Shown here piece by piece: positions 11,001 to 18,341 of a stretch of DNA of 64,000 nucleotides. The stretch covers positions 7,936,001 through 8,000,000 of the forward strand of contig OZ244999.1 in NCBI GenBank assembly GCA_965223265.1, given 5' to 3'. The DNA comes from Planctomycetota bacterium. Lineage in GTDB: Bacteria; Planctomycetota; UBA8108; SXIK01. Numbering within the stretch: position 1 is the first letter of the stretch; each line of letters begins with the position of its first letter. The notes under the pieces are model-generated. The model was not told where the DNA came from. It did not search any database and saw only the letters and a list, made by a program, of their open reading frames with translations. The translations under genes were made by a program, and so were the position numbers.

Positions 11001-11190
11001 GAAGACGAGCCACGACCTCCTGGGCGTACCGCTGGCCGCGGGGCTGCGCATCATGGCGACGCTGGCGGACGAAGACTATGGCACAGCCGAGCGAGTGCGC
11101 GAAGCGGCGGCGATCGCGCACGACGCAAAGAGCGCCTGGATTCGCGATTTCATTCGGCGCGGCAGCGCGTGGAGCACGAGCGCGCGGTGA
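8026..11190 (+). CDS. Membrane-anchored Ser/Thr kinase-like protein (probable pseudokinase) with coiled coil, TM helix and HEAT-like repeats
   Basis: VAVK, HPNLLPVLDVG, DFG and DPEQRY motifs are present, but the catalytic loop reads HGRLHPGN. A charged coiled coil, the TM segment LAWCGAIAILFVAAAFAG and a helical-repeat C-terminus follow. Confidence 0.8.
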   Translation: MVKAKARIGLEPKIDGVDCVERVAHGPNADLFRARVGRRTVAVKLFAGENIDRDTLSKFVRGGETAVRHPNLLPVLDVGVDGRGRPFYTMPLISGDPLSAVLAARSGERRTAPSLSPLSLTPSPAHMATIAREAAALFADALDGLEIAHAAGVAHGRLHPGNLILTPAGRLVITDFGRAAAKKGATTAGDHAARVLADIHAVGVALARVVEAESTPDGDSADERRDGRDRPSGTVTAGVPDSLLACIAKASATDPEQRYHSAAAFAADLRRFLRHEQPLACFESFAAQIDAVDASTAAESQEAGSRDGAASTSSPTVARRNRLASQLAERDIALKQDRKTQSRGTETEAEERNGDASAAACDSERSHDRRSHDELMARERAALNAEKDEIRRREDRLRKAEVDLGAARAAVIEAANENDELRDELEAARRDLSATMEQMDVDSRPEQFAAPKRVSFESASRARRMPEEESGDARLSSEATLSPYSPALPSPPLRRKLAWCGAIAILFVAAAFAGKTFSAYKKDRDVAASLESLQLRLAAGDFASARSKAYDVRDDRLRLPLTELVSAAAASKTLEDAMASVIAERPADAALHLRNHEARGAGPSAAWEDYATHLESVARERARDPVEVGLDATSLSRRLGALAMLEQEIRSGGRQSLDALLALRALDTRQPQLCRHALAVLAHAPTSRPIVDALDLRSNAPAVHLDAGTFAALFTALEAIGDADAIALFCSWSLHEVRALERPDTQIHLRPNLYVTSTKVTAERLRERWVRFIAAHDPAELVLRADELRDHPELFPTVIQVIAASQAADADRTLARIARLDLRSAGQASLEGLARLGATDQLLEFAMGAYPVAFRLAAIDTIRRGFLGSCFNEIRALALTSPSNDVRTAAFNALREHSHAAAVEVIPRAIDDLVLRSTALEWLSSLPQRQSVAIASKLLGHDQRLVRQAASDVLRAATPLRAAAPLATHLFDRRTWIRNDARRMILDKADELKTSHDLLGVPLAAGLRIMATLADEDYGTAERVREAAAIAHDAKSAWIRDFIRRGSAWSTSAR

Positions 11191-11344
11191 AGCGAAGGGG
11201 ACGCCGGCGATCTCGCCAGGGGCTCGCTGGACCGCAGAGTCGAGAAGGGAAGAAGAAAGAACGGCAGCTGGACGCTATGCTATCTGGTCGCGTTAGATGC
11301 TTTTCGTCACCGTCGGGCGCACCCGCTCATTGCACGAGCTTCGT

Positions 11345-11968
11345 ATGACCAAGACCTGTACCCCGTCGAGGCTCACCTGCCTCGTACTCTTCCTCGTCGC
11401 TGCAGTCGTCGTGACCACGGTTGACCTCTGGTCGAAGCACGCTGTGTTCGAGTTTCTGCAGGTTGAGACGATCGACCCGGCTGGGCTTCCGTACGTCTCG
11501 CCGTACACGCAGACCCCATACGAGATCTGGCCAAACTTCTTCTGGCTCGAAGCCAACTACAATCACGGTGCTTTCAGCGGCTGGTTCTCCGGTCACACCC
11601 GGACGCTCGCGGTTGTTTCCGTCGTTGCACTTCTGATCATCCTCGCGGTTTTTCTCTACTCGCTGCGTCGAGGTGGGGTTCCAGAACGACTGTTTGCGCT
11701 CTCTATGGGACTCCTGTGGGGCGGCGCCGCCGGCAACCTCTACGACCGCGCCATGCTCGGGGGTGTACGCGACTGGATCCGTTGGCATGTGCGCATCGAC
11801 GGCGAGTACCCCTTAAACTCGTGGCGCATCAACCCTTGGCCGAACTTCAACGTCGCCGACGCGGCGATCTGTGTTGGTGTCGCGCTGCTCATACTTCGCG
11901 AGATTCGCGTCGCACGGCAGAAGCGCTCGCAAACTCAGTCGGCGGAGACGGAATCAAATCCTTGTTGA
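11345..11968 (+). CDS. lspA: Lipoprotein signal peptidase II
   Basis: Motifs NHGAFSG, GNLYDR, VRDWI and FNVAD with several TM helices. An alternative start lies at 11297. Confidence 0.92.
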   Translation: MTKTCTPSRLTCLVLFLVAAVVVTTVDLWSKHAVFEFLQVETIDPAGLPYVSPYTQTPYEIWPNFFWLEANYNHGAFSGWFSGHTRTLAVVSVVALLIILAVFLYSLRRGGVPERLFALSMGLLWGGAAGNLYDRAMLGGVRDWIRWHVRIDGEYPLNSWRINPWPNFNVADAAICVGVALLILREIRVARQKRSQTQSAETESNPC

Positions 11969-12008
11969 TCGGCGACCGGCATCCTCTCGAGGCGCGCGGC
12001 ACGGGAGG

Positions 12009-13142
12009 TCATTCCACCCAGTCAGCTAAGAAAACGTTCGTGTCGTGCGGCTGACGGTTGAATCTGTTGGACGCCCAAACGAGCTGTTTCCCATCGGGAG
12101 AAAACATCGGAAAGCCGTCGAAGCTCTCGTAGTAGGTGACACGCTCGAGATCGCTGCCGTCGACGTTGATGAGGTAGAGGTCGAAGTTCCGCCCCTTCGG
12201 GTCCCCCACATTCGACGCGAAGATGATCTTCTCACCGGACGGATGAAAGAAGGGGCAAAAGTTCGCCGCTCCGTTGCTGGTAACCTGAGTGACGCCGCTA
12301 CCGTCCACGTTGGCGACGAAGATCTCCAACTGACTCGGCTCTACTAGCCCCTGCTGAAGTAAACCCTGATACTTGTCGATCTCTTCTTGGGTCTTCGGTC
12401 GACTCGCTCGGTAGCAGAGCTTGGTCCCATCCGGCGAGAAAAACGCGCCGCCATCGTAACCGAGCTCGTCGGTGACTCGCCGCTGGTTGCTGCCATCGGC
12501 ATTCATGACGTAGAGCTCGAGGTCCCCGTCGCGGACCGACGTGAACACGATGAGACGACCGTCGCGCGACACCGTCGCCTCGGCGTCGTAGCCGGGCGTC
12601 GCAGTCAGACGACGGAGGTCCGATCCATCCGGATTGGCGCTGAAGACATCGTAGGACGGATAGATCGGCCAGACATATCCCTGCGTGCGCGGGGGCGGTA
12701 GCGGACACTTCTCATCACCGAGATGCGTCGACGCGTAGACGATGCGCGAATCATCCGGATAGAAGTAGGAGCACGTCGTTCGGCCCTTTCCTGTCGACAC
12801 CATACGCCGCTCCGAACCGTCGATCCGCATGGTGAAGATCTGATCGCAGCCAAGATCGCCGTGCGTCGACTGAAAGATCAGCCGCTGGCCGTCGCCGGAA
12901 AAATAGGCTTCTGCGTTCTCGCCCTCGAACGTCAGTTGGCGCAGGTTCCGCAAGCGGGTTTCACCGGCCTCGGCGGCAAGCGCCCCAGCTGAGGAGGAAG
13001 TGGACTCGAGGCTATCGCTACTGCCGCACGCGGCGAGGCCCAAACAGCCCGCGACCCACACCACCGCAGCGACCAGTCGCAGCAATTTCCGGGGATTCGA
13101 TGCCAACGATGCGACGGCGATGTTTCGAGACGAGATCGTCAT
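12009..13142 (-). CDS. TolB-like PD40/WD40 beta-propeller lipoprotein
   Basis: Lipobox LAAC; repeated FSPDG/SRDG motifs; ENAEAYFS and GRTTCSYF. Confidence 0.85.
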   Translation of the reverse strand: MTISSRNIAVASLASNPRKLLRLVAAVVWVAGCLGLAACGSSDSLESTSSSAGALAAEAGETRLRNLRQLTFEGENAEAYFSGDGQRLIFQSTHGDLGCDQIFTMRIDGSERRMVSTGKGRTTCSYFYPDDSRIVYASTHLGDEKCPLPPPRTQGYVWPIYPSYDVFSANPDGSDLRRLTATPGYDAEATVSRDGRLIVFTSVRDGDLELYVMNADGSNQRRVTDELGYDGGAFFSPDGTKLCYRASRPKTQEEIDKYQGLLQQGLVEPSQLEIFVANVDGSGVTQVTSNGAANFCPFFHPSGEKIIFASNVGDPKGRNFDLYLINVDGSDLERVTYYESFDGFPMFSPDGKQLVWASNRFNRQPHDTNVFLADWVE

Positions 13143-13825
13143 GGTGTCTCTCTTCGATCGTAGGAGGAAAGGAATTGGTGCAGCTGATTGCTGATGAAGT
13201 CGGATGTGTGACGGAGATTCTTCTCGACTTGATTCAGCGTCGATGCCTGAAGCGGCTGCTTGAAGGTCCCCACGTTTTCTATGTAGAGCGCGCGAGGATC
13301 GCGCACGTAGGACTCAACGCGCGCATTGAAATTCTCGGTGTGTTCCTTGGTGCCCGGAAACACAAGGCGAAAGCCGAACACACTCGTCGGTCGGCCGATG
13401 AGCTGCAACTGATCCGGCTCGACACGAAACACGCTCCGTGCCAAGTATTCCGTAGCACTCGGAAAGCTATTCGGCGTAGTGATCACCCGCACCTTGTTCT
13501 GCTGCACCAGGAACGCCTGAACGCCCAGCTTCTCAAGCACGACGCGCAAAACCGCAACGGCTTTTTTGGCGAACTGCTCGACGGAGATTCCGGTGTGGTC
13601 GTCCGTCATCTGGATCCGATCACCAAGGAGATTCAGATGGCTGAAACCTTCGCGGTCTTGGGACTGCGTCGCGATGCGAGCGCCCCCTTGGATGCGATTG
13701 AAATCCTCGTATCCGCACGTGCGGCACACCTCGTGATACACTTCGCGCAGCTGCTCGGCAGAGTGCACGACTGGAACGTGCAGAAACTCCGCGATCAGGC
13801 TGATCGTTCGCGGCTCGCTGAGCAA
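13139..13825 (-). CDS. Hypothetical protein translationally coupled to the TolB-like gene
   Basis: TTG start with a GAGGAG RBS, protein-like composition, and an ATGA overlap with the next gene. Confidence 0.75.
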   Translation of the reverse strand: MLSEPRTISLIAEFLHVPVVHSAEQLREVYHEVCRTCGYEDFNRIQGGARIATQSQDREGFSHLNLLGDRIQMTDDHTGISVEQFAKKAVAVLRVVLEKLGVQAFLVQQNKVRVITTPNSFPSATEYLARSVFRVEPDQLQLIGRPTSVFGFRLVFPGTKEHTENFNARVESYVRDPRALYIENVGTFKQPLQASTLNQVEKNLRHTSDFISNQLHQFLSSYDRRETP

Positions 13826-14010
13826 CGTGTGGTCTCCTCGTCTGTGGGCACAAAATCAGGGCCGTCCATCATGCTAAAGCAGCGATTCTGCCAACACATG
13901 CGCCGCGGGTAAACTCCAATTCACAAGCAAGTTAGGAAACCGGGATCGGTGCCGCACGTGAGTCGACGCGCGCCACCGGCCGACCCGAAACCGTCCATCG
14001 TGAACGCTGC

Positions 14011-16014
14011 TCACTCGAGGATCAGTCCCCAGTCCTTCAATTCGTCGCCGATATCGCTGAGACGCTTAGCGTTCTTCACGCCCTGAATGGCAATATACCT
14101 CTCACCAAGACGGTCAAAGGGCAGGTCGTGTCGTGCCAAGACCTTGGAGATGCGATCGGTACCCGACTTGGTTTGAGAGTGGAGCAGAAGCACTTTGCGG
14201 CGACGAACAATCTCGACTCCCTGAGTCCATTCGCGAAGCGAAAAGATCACGTTCGGCGGCACGACTCCGAAGGCGTGCTGCTGAAGAAAATCGCCGATGC
14301 GCTGCGATGACCAACCGGTTGCAAGGGCGCGCTTGACGCTCTCGCGACTGAGCTCGTAGCGTTTCACGTAACCCGATTCAAGACGGTCTGCGAACTGACT
14401 AACGCTCCAGTTCCATTCATCTGGAGCCTCGGGAAAGACGAGGATTTCGAAGTCGGGATTGACGATCAGCTGCGGGCCGTCCCCGAGCTCAGGTAACTGA
14501 TCGAGCTCCAGAATCGCAGCGCCGAGCCGAGAAAGCCGTAGCGAGTAAAACGCCCCGCCCCGGAAACCTACATCGACGAAGCCGACAACAGCCAAACGAT
14601 GCAGCAACCAGTAGGCGAGATCCTGACGTAGCTCACCTAGCGAGACGACGAGTTTTCGATTCGTAAAATTGTCCTGACGCACCTTCTCGTAAAGCGCACG
14701 GACATCGCCGTCCTCAAGGTCGAGGAGGTACCTGGCGATCACGCCATCGACAAGCGATTTGACGACCAACCACTGACCGACGCCGTTTCTCGCCAACTCG
14801 GCGAGGAAAATCTCTCGCAATCGACGTTGGTGAAAACTCCAACGCTCGCCAGTTTGATCGTTCACGTGGGCATCGAACACGACGCGAAGCTTCTCGGGCA
14901 GCGACTTGCCTCGCCACGCGCGGATCCTGATGTTGTCAAACGTCGGGCGTTGGCCTTCACGTTCGAGCCACCGAATCCGTTTCGCAAGCCCAACGAGAAG
15001 GGAAACCGGCGAGGTGACCAGCTCTTGGTGGTGGGCAATCGTCAACTTGGGACCGAGTCGGTCCTCGACCTTCTTGTAGACGGTGCCGGCGCGTGTGAAG
15101 ACTGCGTTTTCCGCCGCAAGCAGCGAGGGCAAACGGTCAAGATCGATAATCAGATCGACCCCGAGCGATACCTCGGAGTCGTTCTCATCGAAGGATTCGG
15201 CGGCGCGGTCGAAGCAATAGTCACAGATGAGCTCTTGGTAGATAACGACTGCCTGCTCGTCGAGATCGAGACCGTAGTTCTTGAGCGACACAAACCCTGT
15301 CGTGCCGAGCGAGCGAGACTCGAGCTCCGTGCGCCAACCGTCGTGGCAAAAGCCGCCCCCAGTGGACAACGTCCCGTCGCCGTCCAGCTCGGCTTTGCAT
15401 TGGCTCAGCGTCAAAATGCCGCCGTTGTCCAGCGCGGCCGAAGTGAGTTTGCGAAGATGCGCGTTCGGTATGGCGTCGAGTCGTTCGTTCAGTGACGCGG
15501 CGATCTCAGTCTCGTCCGCCCCGGACTCCGTTTCCGGGGCGGGCGGCGCTCGCCCGGTCCGACTGAGCATCTGCATGGGGTCGCGCTCCTCCAGTCGAAT
15601 GCTCGAGCGAAGAGTCTGCGCAAGCTCGCTCGGAATCGCGACGCGCGGCGACGAGTTTCCCGGCTGACGACGGGGCTGAACCACATAGCCGGCCGCGCGG
15701 AGCGTCTTGAGGATCGCTTCGATCTCGTAGTCCTCGAGACTGCTGACCTGGCGGTCTTGCCGCAGTTCATCGATCGACGTGCAGAAGCTGTCGCCGGCGA
15801 GCAGGAGCGCGACCAAAAAACCCTGGTGCGAGCGGCTCAGATTCTCGAACCGTTCCCTGACCAGGCACGCATCCGTCATGGCGACGAAAAGATTCTGCCG
15901 CAGTTCATCTTTACAGCTAACCAGACGATCGCTTGGGAACCAGTAAAGGTACCAGCTCTGCAGCTCGGCCTTCGTCAGATCAGCAAGCGTTTGCTTCAGG
16001 AGCGTCGCCGACAT
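14011..16014 (-). CDS. XPB-associated protein with a C-terminal Helicase_C_3 domain
   Basis: C-terminal LIVNPDFEILV...FADR...YELSRESVKRAL...VPPNV, with no Walker A motif; lies downstream of XPB. Confidence 0.75.
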   Translation of the reverse strand: MSATLLKQTLADLTKAELQSWYLYWFPSDRLVSCKDELRQNLFVAMTDACLVRERFENLSRSHQGFLVALLLAGDSFCTSIDELRQDRQVSSLEDYEIEAILKTLRAAGYVVQPRRQPGNSSPRVAIPSELAQTLRSSIRLEERDPMQMLSRTGRAPPAPETESGADETEIAASLNERLDAIPNAHLRKLTSAALDNGGILTLSQCKAELDGDGTLSTGGGFCHDGWRTELESRSLGTTGFVSLKNYGLDLDEQAVVIYQELICDYCFDRAAESFDENDSEVSLGVDLIIDLDRLPSLLAAENAVFTRAGTVYKKVEDRLGPKLTIAHHQELVTSPVSLLVGLAKRIRWLEREGQRPTFDNIRIRAWRGKSLPEKLRVVFDAHVNDQTGERWSFHQRRLREIFLAELARNGVGQWLVVKSLVDGVIARYLLDLEDGDVRALYEKVRQDNFTNRKLVVSLGELRQDLAYWLLHRLAVVGFVDVGFRGGAFYSLRLSRLGAAILELDQLPELGDGPQLIVNPDFEILVFPEAPDEWNWSVSQFADRLESGYVKRYELSRESVKRALATGWSSQRIGDFLQQHAFGVVPPNVIFSLREWTQGVEIVRRRKVLLLHSQTKSGTDRISKVLARHDLPFDRLGERYIAIQGVKNAKRLSDIGDELKDWGLILE

Positions 16015-16142
16015 CCACCAAACGTCCGCTTCGACTCAAGTTCTTTACCAATGTTGTTACCCAACAACCTACTCCCCTGCGAGACACACAGGGCTCATCA
16101 TTATCGGTCTTTCCTGCCGACTTTACGAGAGCCCCCACGCCG

Positions 16143-16151
16143 ATTTTATCA
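16143..16151 (-). promoter_or_regulatory. Extended -10 promoter element (TGaTAAAAT)
   Basis: The minus strand reads TGATAAAAT about 130 bp upstream of the ATG at 16014. Confidence 0.4.
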
Positions 16152-16374
16152 TTGACAAAGCGAGACAACGCGCTCGTGCGTGCTGCCAGTGATCACCGCG
16201 TAGTTTCGTCCACGACGGCACGAGCAAAGGCAGACAACTCCTTGGTTACGCCGTCCCTCGGTGGGCAGCAAGCAAGCAAGCGACCACTCTGACGGCTCAA
16301 AGCTGCTTCAAAAGCAACGTTGTGCACATTCGAGAGGATCTGTTCGGAGAGCGCCGGTAGCTGGCCCAACTCGG

Positions 16375-18114
16375 CTAAGCGCTGTCCTGCCGCCGACGGG
16401 TGCCTTGGTCAATGATGGTGAAAGAGTAGCCTTGTTCGGTGAGGAAACGCTGTCGCTTCTCCGCGAATTCCTGCTCCGGAGTGTCGCGCGAAACAAGCGA
16501 GTAAAACACGGCGCGTCCACCTTTGCCCTTCGGACGCAAGATGCGTCCAAGACGCTGCGCTTCTTCCTGCCGTGACCCGAACGTCCCGGACACCTGAATA
16601 GCAACGTTCGCATCCGGCAGATCGATCGCGAAGTTGCCAACCTTGCTGACGATCAACACCGGAACTTCGCGGCGACGAAAACGCGCGTAGAGCTGCTCGC
16701 GCTCCTGGTTGGACGTTTTTCCGGTGATCAACGGCGCCCCTAGGTGCCGCTGGATGGCCTTCAAATGATCTAAGTACTGGCCAAGAACGAGGACGCTGTG
16801 CTCTCGGTGCTCACCGAGGAGCTCGCGGACAACGTCGATCTTCGCCGGGTTCTCAGAAGCCGCGCGGAACTTCTCGCGCCCATTGAGATCCACGAAGCCG
16901 TCGGCGATCTTGTCGGTCAGCGGCACGCGGATTTCGACACACTCGGCGTTCGCGATCCAACCTTCTGCCTCAAGACTCTTCCACGCGATGTCGTATTTTT
17001 TGGGGCCGACCAGGCTGAAGACTTCTCCCTCACGCCCGTCCTCGCGAACCAGAGTCGCGGTGAGCCCCAAACGGCGCGTCGCCTGAATCTGCGCCGTGAA
17101 ACGAAACACTGGTGCGGGCAGAAGATGAGCTTCGTCGTATACGATGAGACCCCAATTGCGCGCCGTGAACAGCTTGTAGTGGAGCAGCTCTTTCGTGCGC
17201 CGGTCGCGGTACGTCATCATCTGGTACGTGCTGAGGGTGATCGGGCGAATCTCCTTCACCTCACCGCTGTACTCGCCGATCATGTCCTCCTCCAGGTCGG
17301 TTTTGTCCAGCAACTCCCGCTTCCATTGCCGCAGCGCGGTCGTGTTGGTCGTCAGGATCAGCGCTTGCGATCCCACCCGCTGAAGACACCCGATGGCGAC
17401 GATCGTCTTTCCTGCCCCGCAAGGCAAAACCACGACCCCACTGCCGCCCGTCGCCCTGCCGAAGTCGTAGAACGCTTCCACCGCATCGCGCTGGTACGAT
17501 CGGAGGTGGAATGGCTTGCCCCCGCGTGCGACGTCACGCAGATTCATCGCGAGTGGCGCGCCGTCGACGTACCCGGCTTGATCGTGCACCGGGAACCCAA
17601 GCTTCAACAGCGCGACTTTGATCTGACCGCGTGATTCGGGCTTGAGGGGTAGAACTACGCTGGCATCGGCTGTCAACGGACTCGAACGTTTGGCGTCGAG
17701 CAACTCGAGTGCCTGGTCGCTGAAGAACTGCCGCAGACTCTTCGCCCTGCGAATTCTCTGGAGCGCATCCTCAAGTGTTGTTTCAAGACACAGCTTGCCC
17801 TGACATGAAACAAGCCGAACTTGCCCGTACCGCGCCATCGACAGAGAAACCTCGTCTCGGACATTTCTTGGCACGGGATACTTCGAGTATGTCGTGAGAA
17901 GATCGTTCACGTCGGCCACCGCGAGCCCAGACGCAGCGGCGTTCCATAGGGAAAGAGGCGTGATCCGGTAGACGTGAACGTATCGCGGACTCTTCTCGAG
18001 CTCTGCGAAGCGAGCCAGTTTGTCGCGAACCTCCTTGAATAGCGGATGCTCCACCTCGAGGAAGACCGTCTTGTCCGGCTGCACGATCAATGGATTCTTG
18101 GAGCTTTTTTCCAT
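16375..18114 (-). CDS. Bacterial XPB/Rad25-family DNA repair helicase
   Basis: N-terminal NPLIVQPD...FAELEKSP, LPCGAGKT Walker A, DEAH, GLTAT and QRLGRILR. ATG at 18114 has a GGAG RBS. Confidence 0.92.
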   Translation of the reverse strand: MEKSSKNPLIVQPDKTVFLEVEHPLFKEVRDKLARFAELEKSPRYVHVYRITPLSLWNAAASGLAVADVNDLLTTYSKYPVPRNVRDEVSLSMARYGQVRLVSCQGKLCLETTLEDALQRIRRAKSLRQFFSDQALELLDAKRSSPLTADASVVLPLKPESRGQIKVALLKLGFPVHDQAGYVDGAPLAMNLRDVARGGKPFHLRSYQRDAVEAFYDFGRATGGSGVVVLPCGAGKTIVAIGCLQRVGSQALILTTNTTALRQWKRELLDKTDLEEDMIGEYSGEVKEIRPITLSTYQMMTYRDRRTKELLHYKLFTARNWGLIVYDEAHLLPAPVFRFTAQIQATRRLGLTATLVREDGREGEVFSLVGPKKYDIAWKSLEAEGWIANAECVEIRVPLTDKIADGFVDLNGREKFRAASENPAKIDVVRELLGEHREHSVLVLGQYLDHLKAIQRHLGAPLITGKTSNQEREQLYARFRRREVPVLIVSKVGNFAIDLPDANVAIQVSGTFGSRQEEAQRLGRILRPKGKGGRAVFYSLVSRDTPEQEFAEKRQRFLTEQGYSFTIIDQGTRRRQDSA

Positions 18115-18341
18115 GATGTCTCCCCCCGCCACTCTATTTCTACGACGTCGCGCGCGAGCCGATCGTCCGCACCCTTCACGTTCGTCGCGGTGCAGGCGGA
18201 TCAGGTCACCTGGTAGCACCTGCGGTCGAACCCGGCTCGCTTGCGACCCGCCTCGAATTTCGGGAGGGGTTCCGAACCGGCTGCGCTATGAGGCAAAACT
18301 CCCGCTTGCCACCGTCTCCCGCAACGACGATGCGCGCGTCA

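Noticed and set aside
13910-13934. TAA-N19-TTA motif outside the origin region
   Set aside because: The inner positions do not match the oriC copies, and a single weak instance could be chance.
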